From an uncultured Acidobacteriota bacterium (lineage in GTDB: Bacteria; Actinomycetota; Acidimicrobiia; Spongiisociales; ZC4RG35): 64,000 bases of DNA. Positions 7,945 to 17,313 of this stretch are shown in pieces. The DNA lies in contig CAWHEU010000013.1 of NCBI GenBank assembly GCA_963828465.1, positions 52,889 through 116,888 of the forward strand, given 5' to 3'. Each line of letters starts with the position of its first letter. Position 1 is the first letter of the stretch. The notes below the pieces were generated by a model. It was not told the DNA's origin. It was given only the letters and a program-made list of their open reading frames with translations, and did not search any database. The translations under genes and the position numbers were made by a program.

Positions 7945-9210
7945 ATGTCCCTGAGCACCCTTCACCAGGACCCCCGTGAGGCCCACGCCGACATCACATC
8001 ACATGACACCTTCGTGCGGTCCGTTCCCCATGCCACCTTCGCCCGTATGCGCCGCGAGGAGCCGGTGGCCTGGGTCGAGGAGAGCGATGGCGAGGGCTTC
8101 TGGGCGCTGACCAAGCACGCCGACATCTCGGTGGCGAGCCGGGACTTCGGGAGATTCACCGCCTCGAGGGGGATCAGGATCGAGCAGATGGCGCCCGACG
8201 AGCTCGAGGCACGACGAACCATGATGGAGTTCGACCCTCCGGAGCACGCCAGGCTGAGGCGGCTCGTCCAACCCGGTTTCACACCCAAGGTGGTGGCGAC
8301 CTACGAGAGCGCGTTCCGGACCCTGGCCGGCCAGGTCCTCGACCGTGTCCTCTCTCTCGGAGAGTTCGACTTCGTCACCGAGATCGCCCGGGAGCTGCCG
8401 ATCCGCCTTCTCTGCCGCCTTCTCGGCGTCCCCGAGACGGACGCCCAGCAGTTGGTGGCCTGGGGGGACCAGATGATCTCCAACGCCGACCCCGAGTACA
8501 CCCCGGTGGTGATCGACAAGATGGACACGGAGGAATACCGGCTGCTCCCGTTTCGATCCCCGGCTGCCCTCGAAGTCTTTCGCTATGCCGAGGAGATTGC
8601 ACTGGAACGGCGAAGCAACCCGGCCGACGACATCGTGACGGTGCTCCTCACGGCCGAACCGGACGGGCAGCCCCTGACCGACCTGGAGTTCAAGAACTTC
8701 TTCACCCTCATGATGGTCGCCGGGAACGAGACGACCCGGCACACCATCAGCCACGGTCTCATCTATCTCCTCGAACATCGCGACCAGTTGGAACAACTGC
8801 GCGAGGACCCGGCGCGTCTCTCAGCGCCGGCCACTGAGGAGATCCTCCGCACATCGTCGGTGACCATGCATTTCCGGCGCACCGCCACCGAGGACGTGGC
8901 GTTGCGGGGGAGGACCATCCGGTCCGGAGACCGGGTCGTCATGTGGTACCCATCGGCGAATCACGACGAGGAGGTGTTCGACAGCCCGTTCACCTTCGAC
9001 ATCCGTCGCCAACCAAACGACCATCTGACCTTTGGCACGGGCCGTCACGTTTGCCTCGGCGCCTCCTTGGCCCGTCTCGAGGTGCGGGTCGTGTTCGAGG
9101 AGCTCTTGACACGGGTTGCCTCGATCGAGATCACCGGTCCGCCCGATCGTCTTCGCTCCAACTTCATCAACGGGATCAAGCATCTCCCGGTCAGGGTGAC
9201 GACGGTCTGA
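7945..9210 (+). CDS. Cytochrome P450 (CYP125/124-like)
   Basis: DPPEH, VAGNETT, EEILR, FGTGRHVCLG heme motif. Confidence 0.95.
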   Translation: MSLSTLHQDPREAHADITSHDTFVRSVPHATFARMRREEPVAWVEESDGEGFWALTKHADISVASRDFGRFTASRGIRIEQMAPDELEARRTMMEFDPPEHARLRRLVQPGFTPKVVATYESAFRTLAGQVLDRVLSLGEFDFVTEIARELPIRLLCRLLGVPETDAQQLVAWGDQMISNADPEYTPVVIDKMDTEEYRLLPFRSPAALEVFRYAEEIALERRSNPADDIVTVLLTAEPDGQPLTDLEFKNFFTLMMVAGNETTRHTISHGLIYLLEHRDQLEQLREDPARLSAPATEEILRTSSVTMHFRRTATEDVALRGRTIRSGDRVVMWYPSANHDEEVFDSPFTFDIRRQPNDHLTFGTGRHVCLGASLARLEVRVVFEELLTRVASIEITGPPDRLRSNFINGIKHLPVRVTTV

Positions 9211-9214
9211 CGCC

Positions 9215-9922
9215 CTAGACGTGGGTCAGCAAGAGCCCGATAGCGAGGGTTACCGTGGTCCAGGTGAGGAGGCGAAGTGGCTTCTCCCAGGTTTGCAGAA
9301 GCTGACCTCGATCCCAGGACCGCTCCCCGTCGAACACAGTGACCGCCTCGCCGGTGCGTCTCCTGACAAAACGAGCAGGGGTGCTCAATGCCCGTTGCGC
9401 CAGGCTGAGGAGGCAGGCCATCGCAGCCATGACGATGACGGGCAGCGTGATCGTCATGGTCTGCGCCCAGTAGCCCACGAGGAGAGGGAACGCCCCCCAG
9501 GCCAGCCCGAACCCGACGTCACTGTGTAAGAAGGGCCACTCCAGGGCGTAGCCAACTGCGAGGAAGATGCCCGCGATCGCCCAAAGCAGGACCCACGGTG
9601 AGACCACGAACGACCCGACCACGGCGATCGCCAGCGACACGACCATGGCGCCGATGCCTACCGCCCACAACGCCCGGTCCGAGATGCGCGTCCCCAGAGG
9701 GCGGCTCTTCACCTCGTCGAGGGCGTGGGCGCCCACACCGAGCCCTACGGCGAACGCAGCCAGGGTGCCGCCGAGGATGAGCCAATCGAGCTCTGCGGCG
9801 AGGGCGGCTCCGATTGGGACATAGGAGAGATGCCACAACGTGTAGGGGACATGGAGGAGGGAGACGAAGTCCCCGGTCAGCGAGCCGGTAGGGGCGTAGA
9901 AGGCTGGGCGCCGATCGCTCAC
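9215..9922 (-). CDS. Multi-pass membrane protein, UbiA-prenyltransferase-like
   Basis: About 7 TMs, LHVPYT, AHALDEVKSRP; GTG start with GGAGG SD overlaps the methyltransferase stop. Confidence 0.6.
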   Translation of the reverse strand: MSDRRPAFYAPTGSLTGDFVSLLHVPYTLWHLSYVPIGAALAAELDWLILGGTLAAFAVGLGVGAHALDEVKSRPLGTRISDRALWAVGIGAMVVSLAIAVVGSFVVSPWVLLWAIAGIFLAVGYALEWPFLHSDVGFGLAWGAFPLLVGYWAQTMTITLPVIVMAAMACLLSLAQRALSTPARFVRRRTGEAVTVFDGERSWDRGQLLQTWEKPLRLLTWTTVTLAIGLLLTHV

Positions 9923-10626
9923 GAGCCTCCGACCTCGGAATGCTCTGGTTTGTGCGCCCACATGACGAGACCCCCGCCAAGGGAGAGGCGTTCGTACTGG
10001 ACCCCGGCGAGACCGGCTCTCTCCCAGATGAGGGCGAGCCGATCCGGCGGGTAGTTGTCAGCGAATTCCTCGATGCTCGGACCGAGGAACTTTCCTACCT
10101 CGGGCCAGCCCTCTCCGGCCAGGAGCCCGGCGACAGGCAGCACGAGACGGGTATAGAGCCACCACAACGGCCGCCAAATGCCCCGCGGCCGGCCGAATTC
10201 CACCATTCCGACGCGGCCGCCCGGTCTCAGGGCACGGGTGATCTCGGTCAAGCAATCGCCCACGTCCCCCACGTAGCGGAGCAGGTAGCCGAAGGTGACG
10301 ATGTCGAAGCGGGCATCGGGAAAAGGGAGCCACTCGGCGGACGCAAGCACCCCGGTTGCGCCTCGGGCGATGGCCGGTCCCAGCATCTGGGCACTCTGGT
10401 CGAGGGACGTCACCGTTGCCCCTTCCTCCTGAAGGCGGCGGGTGATCGAGCCGGTCCCGGCGGCGATGTCGAGCGCGACATCCCCCGGGCGCGGGGCGAT
10501 CACCTCGACCATGTGGTCCCGCCAGCGACCGTCCTGTCCCATGCTGAGGATCCGGGCCCAGCGCTCGTATCCGGGCGCGAGGGGGGCGAACAAGGCCCGT
10601 GCGATGCGAGTGGGAGTGGCGGTCAC
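9919..10626 (-). CDS. UbiE/MenG-like class I SAM methyltransferase
   Basis: LFAPLAPGYE, LSMGQDGRWR, LDIAAGTG, LPFPDARFD, LRPGG; TACCGT 7 nt before GTG. Confidence 0.85.
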   Translation of the reverse strand: MTATPTRIARALFAPLAPGYERWARILSMGQDGRWRDHMVEVIAPRPGDVALDIAAGTGSITRRLQEEGATVTSLDQSAQMLGPAIARGATGVLASAEWLPFPDARFDIVTFGYLLRYVGDVGDCLTEITRALRPGGRVGMVEFGRPRGIWRPLWWLYTRLVLPVAGLLAGEGWPEVGKFLGPSIEEFADNYPPDRLALIWERAGLAGVQYERLSLGGGLVMWAHKPEHSEVGGS

Positions 10627-10715
10627 CGCCGGGACGGTACCGATCAATGGGCGAAGTGGTCATGCCACCCGGGTTGTATCTGGATCACAAGGTTTGACGT
10701 ACCCGGGTTCGTGGA

Positions 10716-11030
10716 ATGAGAGAGATGGTCAACCGCATTCGTCTGTTCCTCGGGTTGGAGGCGGCGGTTTTCATCGCGGCCGCCCTCATCCATTTCGGAG
10801 TCGTCCTGGATGGCTACAACGACCAGGAGGCCGGCACGGCGGAGAGTGTCATTGCGATCGTTCTTTTGGCCGGTCTGCTGACCAGCCTGTTGCGCCCCGA
10901 CTGGATGCGGCGCGCGGGAATCCTGGTTCAGGGTTTCGCCCTGGTCGGCACGTTTGTCGGCCTGACCCTCCTCGTCACCCTGGGCCCACGCACCCGCAAG
11001 GTTTCAGGGCATGTCACATCGGGTAACTGA
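10716..11030 (+). CDS. Small membrane protein, hypothetical
   Basis: 104 aa, three hydrophobic segments. Confidence 0.65.
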   Translation: MREMVNRIRLFLGLEAAVFIAAALIHFGVVLDGYNDQEAGTAESVIAIVLLAGLLTSLLRPDWMRRAGILVQGFALVGTFVGLTLLVTLGPRTRKVSGHVTSGN

Positions 11031-11051
11031 CACGGCGAAAAGGAGGTAGTC

Positions 11052-11471
11052 GTGCAAACCATTCATGAAGTCATGACGAAGGATCCGCTGACCGTCGATG
11101 AGGGGGCGCCCGTCAGCGAGGCGGCGCGTGTGATGCGTGAAGCCGATATCGGCGACGTTGTCGTCACCCGCCCCGACGGAAGCGTTTGTGGGATCGTGAC
11201 CGATCGCGATCTTGCGTTGAACGTCGTCGCGGAGGGCAACGACCCCAGTTCGATGGTGGTTCGAGACGTCTGCAACCACACAGTCGAGTCTGTCGAATCG
11301 AGTGATCCGGTAGGCAAGGCGGTCCAGATGATGAGCGGCCGGGCCATCCGTCGGCTCCCGGTGATCGATGACGGCCGCCTCGTGGGCATCGTCACGCTGG
11401 GTGACCTCGCCATGGAGCGCGACCCGGGGTCGGCGCTCGCCAGCATCAGCGAAGCCCCGCCCAACAACTGA
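11052..11471 (+). CDS. Tandem CBS-domain protein
   Basis: VMT.DP, GIVTDRDL, IRRLPV, GIVTLGDL; SD AGGAGG. Confidence 0.93.
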   Translation: MQTIHEVMTKDPLTVDEGAPVSEAARVMREADIGDVVVTRPDGSVCGIVTDRDLALNVVAEGNDPSSMVVRDVCNHTVESVESSDPVGKAVQMMSGRAIRRLPVIDDGRLVGIVTLGDLAMERDPGSALASISEAPPNN

Positions 11472-11489
11472 CCCGAACCCCCACGCGGG

Positions 11490-12869
11490 TCAGCCGACCA
11501 GGGTCTTCTCGATCATGTCGATGGCATGATCGAGGTGATCACGAGTCGTGCGGCGATTGAGGATGGCGAACCGGAGCACGAAGCGCTCGGCGATCGTGGT
11601 TGGGGAGAGATGGACCACCCGCTCCGTGTTGATCGCCTCCAGCGCTAGACGGCCCAGGGCGTCGTCTTCGAATCGGAACGCCACCACCGAGAGGTCGGGC
11701 CTCCACGGGACCTCGAGACCGTCGACGCCCAGCAGTCTTTGATGGGCGTGTTCTGCAAGGTCGAGGCTGGTGTCGAGGGCGTCCCGGAAGGGACCCACCC
11801 CGTGGAGATGGAGCGGGAGCCACATCTGCAGGGCGCGGAACGGCCGGCTCAATTCGGGGCCGAGCGAGGCGATGTCCCTGATGCCCGAATCGTGATCTTC
11901 TTCTCGCAGATAGGCGCCGCGCCCCTGGTTTGCGTCGATCAGGTGGGACTCGTCGCGCACCAGCAGGGCGCCCACGCCGAACGGGACGGACAGGCCCTTG
12001 TGTGGGTCGATTGCGATCGAGTCTGCCTGCTCGATCCCGGACAGGACGGCATCGCCTCGCTTCGTCAACTGGAAGAAACCGCCATACGCGGCGTCGACAT
12101 GAAGCCAGAGCCCCTCGTTGGCGGCGATCCCGGCCAGAGCGGGAAGCGGGTCGACAGTCCCGGTGTCGGTGGTCCCGGCCGATCCAACGACAAGGAACGG
12201 GTCACGCCCGGCACTCCGGTCTTCGGCGATAGCCGCCGAAAGGGCATCCGGGTCCATCCTCAGATCGTGGTCGATGCCGACTTCACGGATCTGGTCCTTT
12301 CTGAAGCCGGCGATTCGGGCGGCCTTCTCGAGCGAGTGATGGGTGTGACGGGTCACGTAGATGACACCCTTGGTGAATTCGTCCCCGAGTCTCGCAGTGC
12401 GAGCGGCGACCACACCGGTCAGGTTGGCCATCGAGCCACCCGACACGATGACGCCGGAAGCCGATTCACCCATGTCGAAGAGGGACGCCATCCAACGCAC
12501 CATCCCGTGCTCGATGGCGCTCATGCCCGGTGCCGCACCCGAGACCCCGGTGTAGCGATTGAGCCCGGCCGCGAGGAACTCGGCCAACGCCGCCGTATAC
12601 AGGCCCGCGTTGGGTATGTACGAGAGGTGCCCGCCGGACGGGTGGAACACGCCGGAGCGCCCTGCCTCCTCGACGTCGGCCAAGATCGTGTCGAGGGAGC
12701 GGCCGTCGTCGGTGGGCGGGGCCATCAGACGCGCCGCCAGATCGTCATCCAATTCGACACCCGAGGCCGGCATGGTGTCGGCCCGGTCGAACCAGTCCTG
12801 GAGGACGTCGAGGACGCTCTCAGCCAACTCGGCGCGTTCCTGGTGCCCCGGCTCGAGGTTTCCCGACAT
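11490..12869 (-). CDS. PLP-dependent group II (aromatic-L-amino-acid-type) decarboxylase
   Basis: SGGSMANL, HHSLEKAA, AGTTDTGTVD, WLHVDAAYGG, DPHK. Confidence 0.9.
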   Translation of the reverse strand: MSGNLEPGHQERAELAESVLDVLQDWFDRADTMPASGVELDDDLAARLMAPPTDDGRSLDTILADVEEAGRSGVFHPSGGHLSYIPNAGLYTAALAEFLAAGLNRYTGVSGAAPGMSAIEHGMVRWMASLFDMGESASGVIVSGGSMANLTGVVAARTARLGDEFTKGVIYVTRHTHHSLEKAARIAGFRKDQIREVGIDHDLRMDPDALSAAIAEDRSAGRDPFLVVGSAGTTDTGTVDPLPALAGIAANEGLWLHVDAAYGGFFQLTKRGDAVLSGIEQADSIAIDPHKGLSVPFGVGALLVRDESHLIDANQGRGAYLREEDHDSGIRDIASLGPELSRPFRALQMWLPLHLHGVGPFRDALDTSLDLAEHAHQRLLGVDGLEVPWRPDLSVVAFRFEDDALGRLALEAINTERVVHLSPTTIAERFVLRFAILNRRTTRDHLDHAIDMIEKTLVG

Positions 12870-12957
12870 CGGAGTCAAGGTAGCCCGGATAGATGTCTTC
12901 GCCCACCCCGGATCGGCGCATATACGATCACGCGATCTACAGCTTGCAGACGATCTG

Positions 12958-13767
12958 ATGTCAGGTTTCCTCTTCCCCCGCACTCCCAGTGGGCGCTCGT
13001 CTCTCATTCCGCCTCCGCCCTGGCATTACTCGGGCGAGATGCTCACCGTCGAATACCGCACCGACCCCGAGCGGGTGGCGGAGCTGCTCCCCGATGGGGT
13101 CGAGCTAGCCCCCGACGATCCGGGGGCAGTGGCACTGATCTGGGCCGATTGGCAGAGCTGCGGCGACACTTTCGAAGAGGTCCTCGACCCGGTGCGCTCC
13201 CAGTACAAGGAGTGCTTCGCTGTGGTCCGTTGCTCGTGGGGTGGGGAGACCTGGAGCCGATGCGTGTTCATCTGGGTGGACAAGGATTTTGCGTTGGTGC
13301 GGGGCTATCACCAGGGCTACCCCAAGAAGCTGGGCAGCATATGGATGACTCGCCCGATCACCATGGGCAGTGCAGGGCCCAGACTCGAGGCAGGGGGGCG
13401 CTTCGGGGCGACACTGGCGGCGGCGGACAGGAGCTTGGCCAGGGCCGTGGTCACGCTGGAGGCGCCCGGGCCGAGTCCTGGGTTCGTAAACGGGCATCAG
13501 ATGCTTCACAATCGAAGGTGGCCGGCGATCGAATCCGATGGTTCGGAGTCACTCGATGAGCTGGTGACGATGCAGGGCTACGACGGCGAGATCGGAGACG
13601 TCTGGAGCGGCTCAGCCGAGCTCGAGCTACTGCCGTCCCCAGCAGACGAGTTGTCGCTGCTTTCGCCATCGGAGGTCATCGCGGGCTACTACCACCGGGT
13701 TGGTGTTTCATGGAAAGGCGGCACGACACTGCGCCGCAAGGTGCCAATGGAGGTTGATGGTCAATGA
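12958..13767 (+). CDS. Acetoacetate-decarboxylase-like superfamily protein (MppR-like)
   Basis: PPPPWHYSG, QYKECF, IWVD.DFA..RG..QGYPKK Schiff-base Lys motif. Confidence 0.85.
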   Translation: MSGFLFPRTPSGRSSLIPPPPWHYSGEMLTVEYRTDPERVAELLPDGVELAPDDPGAVALIWADWQSCGDTFEEVLDPVRSQYKECFAVVRCSWGGETWSRCVFIWVDKDFALVRGYHQGYPKKLGSIWMTRPITMGSAGPRLEAGGRFGATLAAADRSLARAVVTLEAPGPSPGFVNGHQMLHNRRWPAIESDGSESLDELVTMQGYDGEIGDVWSGSAELELLPSPADELSLLSPSEVIAGYYHRVGVSWKGGTTLRRKVPMEVDGQ

Positions 13768-15218
13768 CAGCGATCCTCGATGAGCTCAAAGAACACGGGA
13801 AGACCGGTCTCTACATCGGTGGGTCATGGTCTTCGGGCGTCGGCGAGATGCCCGTCGTCGACCCGGCCACCGAAGACGTGCTGGTCGATGTCGGCCTCGC
13901 CGAGGCCAGTCACGCTGCGGATGCGGTCGATGCGGCCGCCGACGCCCTGGGACCATGGTCGGCCACGGCGCCACGTGATCGAGCCGAGATCCTCCGCCGC
14001 ACCTTCGAAGCAATGCGCGACCGCGAAGACACCCTGGCCGAGCTGATAGTCCTCGAGAACGGCAAGGCGTTCCCGGATGCACTCGGTGAGGTGCGCTACG
14101 CCGCCGAGTTCTTCCGTTGGTTCTCCGAGGAAGCTCCCCGCATCGGAGGCGAGGTTCGACTCGCCCCGGCGGGGGACAAGCGGATCATGACCGTTCTCCA
14201 GCCGGTAGGAGTCAGCGTGATGATCACCCCCTGGAACTTCCCTGCGGCCATGGCGACGCGCAAGATAGGGCCCGCCCTCGCCGCCGGGTGCACCGCGATC
14301 GTCAAGCCGGCCTCGGACACTCCTCTGACCACGCTCGCAGTCGTCCATCTCATGGAGGAGGCGGGGCTGCCGCCAGGCGTGGTGAACGTCGTCGTTGCCC
14401 GAGGGTCGTCTGGGGTGATCGAGCAGATGCTGCATGACCCCAGGGTGCGCAAGCTGTCGTTCACCGGGTCCACGGAGGTCGGCCAGACGCTGCTCAAGGT
14501 CGCCGCAGACCAGGTGCTGAATGTGTCGATGGAGCTCGGCGGCAACGCGCCCTTCATCGTGTTCGAAGACGCCGACCTCGACGCGGCGTTGGAAGGGGCA
14601 ATGGTGGCCAAGATGCGCAACGCCGGAGAGGCATGCACGGCGGCCAACCGGTTCCTGGTCCACTCGTCGATCGCGGAGAAATTCACATCGATGCTGGCCG
14701 GCGCCATGGGGGCGATGAAGGTCGGCCCGGGGATAGACCGGGGCAACCAGGTTGGCCCCATGATCAACGAGCGATCGCGCGACGACATCGCCAAGATGGT
14801 CCAAGAGGCGGTCGACTCGGGGGCGGGTGTCGCGGTCGGAGCGTCGGTGCCCGACCGCACGGGTTATTTCTACGAGCCCACCGTGTTGTCAGGTGTCTCC
14901 CCGGACGCCGCCATCCTCGACCAGGAGATCTTCGGACCCGTGGCGCCGGTGGTCCTCTTCGACACCGACGATGAGGCCATCGCCATGGCCAACGACACGG
15001 TCCACGGTTTGATCTCCTACGTCTACACGGGCGATCTGGCCCGGGGTCTGCAGACGGCGGAGGCCCTCGAATCGGGGATGGTCGGGCTCAACCGCGGCCT
15101 CGTATCCGACCCCGCCGCCCCGTTCGGTGGCGTCAAGCAGTCTGGCATAGGGCGCGAAGGCAGCCATGAGGGCATCGAGGAGTTCCTCGAGACCAAGTAC
15201 ATCGCAACCAGCTGGTAA
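13764..15218 (+). CDS. gabD: Succinate-semialdehyde dehydrogenase
   Basis: ITPWNFP, SFTGSTEVG, MELGGNAPF, KMRNAGEAC, EIFGP, PFGGVKQSGIGREGS. Confidence 0.85.
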   Translation: MTAILDELKEHGKTGLYIGGSWSSGVGEMPVVDPATEDVLVDVGLAEASHAADAVDAAADALGPWSATAPRDRAEILRRTFEAMRDREDTLAELIVLENGKAFPDALGEVRYAAEFFRWFSEEAPRIGGEVRLAPAGDKRIMTVLQPVGVSVMITPWNFPAAMATRKIGPALAAGCTAIVKPASDTPLTTLAVVHLMEEAGLPPGVVNVVVARGSSGVIEQMLHDPRVRKLSFTGSTEVGQTLLKVAADQVLNVSMELGGNAPFIVFEDADLDAALEGAMVAKMRNAGEACTAANRFLVHSSIAEKFTSMLAGAMGAMKVGPGIDRGNQVGPMINERSRDDIAKMVQEAVDSGAGVAVGASVPDRTGYFYEPTVLSGVSPDAAILDQEIFGPVAPVVLFDTDDEAIAMANDTVHGLISYVYTGDLARGLQTAEALESGMVGLNRGLVSDPAAPFGGVKQSGIGREGSHEGIEEFLETKYIATSW

Positions 15219-15227
15219 TGGCCCGCC

Positions 15228-16691
15228 TCAGGAAACGGTGCCCTGGCCGATCTGGATGGTCTTGAGGTCGGAGTGGAAATCGAGGGCATAGTCGCCGCCC
15301 TCCCGGCCAATGCCCGAGATCCCGATGCCCCCGAAGGGCGCGGTCAGGTCACGCACCAGATAGGTGTTGACCCAGATCGTCCCGGCACGTATGCCCCGGC
15401 CCACTCGCTCGGCGCGCTCCTCGCTGCCCGTGTACACGATCCCGGAGAGGCCATACGAGGTCGAATTGGCCAACACAACCGCTTCCTCCTCGTCGGCAAA
15501 GGTCTGGTAGGTGAGGACCGGGCCGAACACCTCGCGCTGAACGATCTCTGAGTCGTTGCCCAGTGGCTCGATCAAGGTCGGCTCGTACCAGAGCCCATCC
15601 TGTTTCCATCGCTCCCCACCCCGCAACACCCGGTCCCCGTGCCGTCGTGCCCTTTCAACGAAACCCTCGACCCGGGCCAGATGGTCGGGGTGGATCAGCG
15701 GGCTTACCGTGGTCCGGGGGTCGCGGCTGTCGCCGAGGACATGGGCATCGGTGTGTTCGTGGAACATCTCCAGGAACTCCGTGGACACGCTTTCCTCGAC
15801 GAGGAGCCTGGTGCCGGCAAGACAGGTCTGGCCCGAATCGTCGTATTGGCCCGCAGCTTTCAGGGAGGCCGCCTCGAGGTCGGAATCGGCAAAGACGACC
15901 AGTGGCCCCTTCCCCCCGAGTTCGGCCGTGAAGGGAACGATGTTTCGCCCGGCGGCCACCCCGATGTGGCGCGCCGTCTCCGGAGAGCCGGTGAACGAGA
16001 TCCGTCGGACACGGCGATCGGAGACCAGGGCGGCACCGACCTCCTCACCGATGCCCTGGACGATGTTGAGCACTCCGGGTGGGAGCCCCGCTTCGGTCGC
16101 CAGATCGGCCAGGAGTGAGGCCGAAAGTGGCGCCCATTCCGCCGGCTTGAGGATCACCGTGTTGCCCGCCGCCAGCGCCGGGGCCAGTTTCCACGTCGAC
16201 AGCAGCCAGGGAGCATTCCAGGGAGTGATGATGACGGCCGGCCCCGCCGGCATCCGCTCCACCTGGTTGTCGGTGCCCTTCGACGACCAGTGACGGCCCT
16301 GATAGGAGACGGCGAGATCTGCGTAGTTGCGGAAGTTCTCGGCCCCCCGGTGGATGACCCTCGCCTCGAGGCTCTCCAGCAGCATCGCCATGTCGGCGCA
16401 CTCGACGCGGGCCAACATGCCGATGTTGGCGTCTATCAGATCGGCCAAGCGATGGAGCGGCTCGGCACGCTGTTTTGGGGTGAGTGAGGCCCAGCCCGGA
16501 AATGCGTCCACGGCGACGGTGACCGCCTGATCGGCGGTCAGCGGATCGCCACGAGCGACATCGGCGAGGTGCCAGTCCCAATCGAGAGGCGAGCGAACTT
16601 CGAAAGTTGCCGGCGAGGACACGCGTCTGCCCCCAATGAAATGGTCGGGGGACACGGCCGTGTCGGAGATCTCGACTCTGGTGGAGGGCAT
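15228..16691 (-). CDS. Aldehyde dehydrogenase, 5-carboxymethyl-2-hydroxymuconate semialdehyde dehydrogenase-like (HpaE-like)
   Basis: RGAENF, ITPWNAP..LSTWKLAPALAAG, KPAEW, ELGGK, GQTCLAG, VRDLTAPFGG. Confidence 0.8.
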   Translation of the reverse strand: MPSTRVEISDTAVSPDHFIGGRRVSSPATFEVRSPLDWDWHLADVARGDPLTADQAVTVAVDAFPGWASLTPKQRAEPLHRLADLIDANIGMLARVECADMAMLLESLEARVIHRGAENFRNYADLAVSYQGRHWSSKGTDNQVERMPAGPAVIITPWNAPWLLSTWKLAPALAAGNTVILKPAEWAPLSASLLADLATEAGLPPGVLNIVQGIGEEVGAALVSDRRVRRISFTGSPETARHIGVAAGRNIVPFTAELGGKGPLVVFADSDLEAASLKAAGQYDDSGQTCLAGTRLLVEESVSTEFLEMFHEHTDAHVLGDSRDPRTTVSPLIHPDHLARVEGFVERARRHGDRVLRGGERWKQDGLWYEPTLIEPLGNDSEIVQREVFGPVLTYQTFADEEEAVVLANSTSYGLSGIVYTGSEERAERVGRGIRAGTIWVNTYLVRDLTAPFGGIGISGIGREGGDYALDFHSDLKTIQIGQGTVS

Positions 16692-16731
16692 GGGGATCGT
16701 TAGCTAGCTAAGGATATGCTGGCATGAGCGC

Positions 16732-17262
16732 ATGCCGAGACGTCTCCATGACCACGACGAAGATGTCATCCTCGAAGCCGAGCGCGATATCCGCTCCAGA
16801 CTGGGGGATCGGGCCCTCGACTTCGAGGCGATGCTGGCCGTCTCCAACATCTATCGGGCGGCCAACGCGGTCCGCAACCGGATGGAGCGCGAGGTGCTCG
16901 GACCTGCCGGCCTCTCGTGGGGCGGTTTCACCATTCTCTTCGTGCTCTGGGTCTGGGGCGAACGGGAGACCGGCCAGCTCGCCGAAGATTGCGGATTGGC
17001 CAAGGGCACGCTGAGCGGCATGCTCACCACATTGGAGAAGGGTGGGCTGGTCGAGAGGTCGCGTCATTCGGACGACGGGAGAAGGGTCGTGGTGAGACTT
17101 CTGGTGCAGGGTCTCAACACGATCGAATCCGTGTTTCCCGAGTTCAATCGTTACGAGGCCAAGTTCACCGCCGACCTCGACCACGAGGAGCGCCGGGAGA
17201 TGGCCAGGCTCCTGCGCCGGGTCACGGCGACCGCCGACGGGGCCCGTCTCATCGCCGAGTGA
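16732..17262 (+). CDS. MarR-family regulator
   Basis: LSWGGFTILFVL, LAKGTLSGMLTTLEKGGLVER, DGRRVVVRL. Confidence 0.9.
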   Translation: MPRRLHDHDEDVILEAERDIRSRLGDRALDFEAMLAVSNIYRAANAVRNRMEREVLGPAGLSWGGFTILFVLWVWGERETGQLAEDCGLAKGTLSGMLTTLEKGGLVERSRHSDDGRRVVVRLLVQGLNTIESVFPEFNRYEAKFTADLDHEERREMARLLRRVTATADGARLIAE

Positions 17263-17313
17263 AGCCCCGGCCGGTACCATTCGTTAGGTAGCGAACGACC
17301 CGAGGAGGACCCT

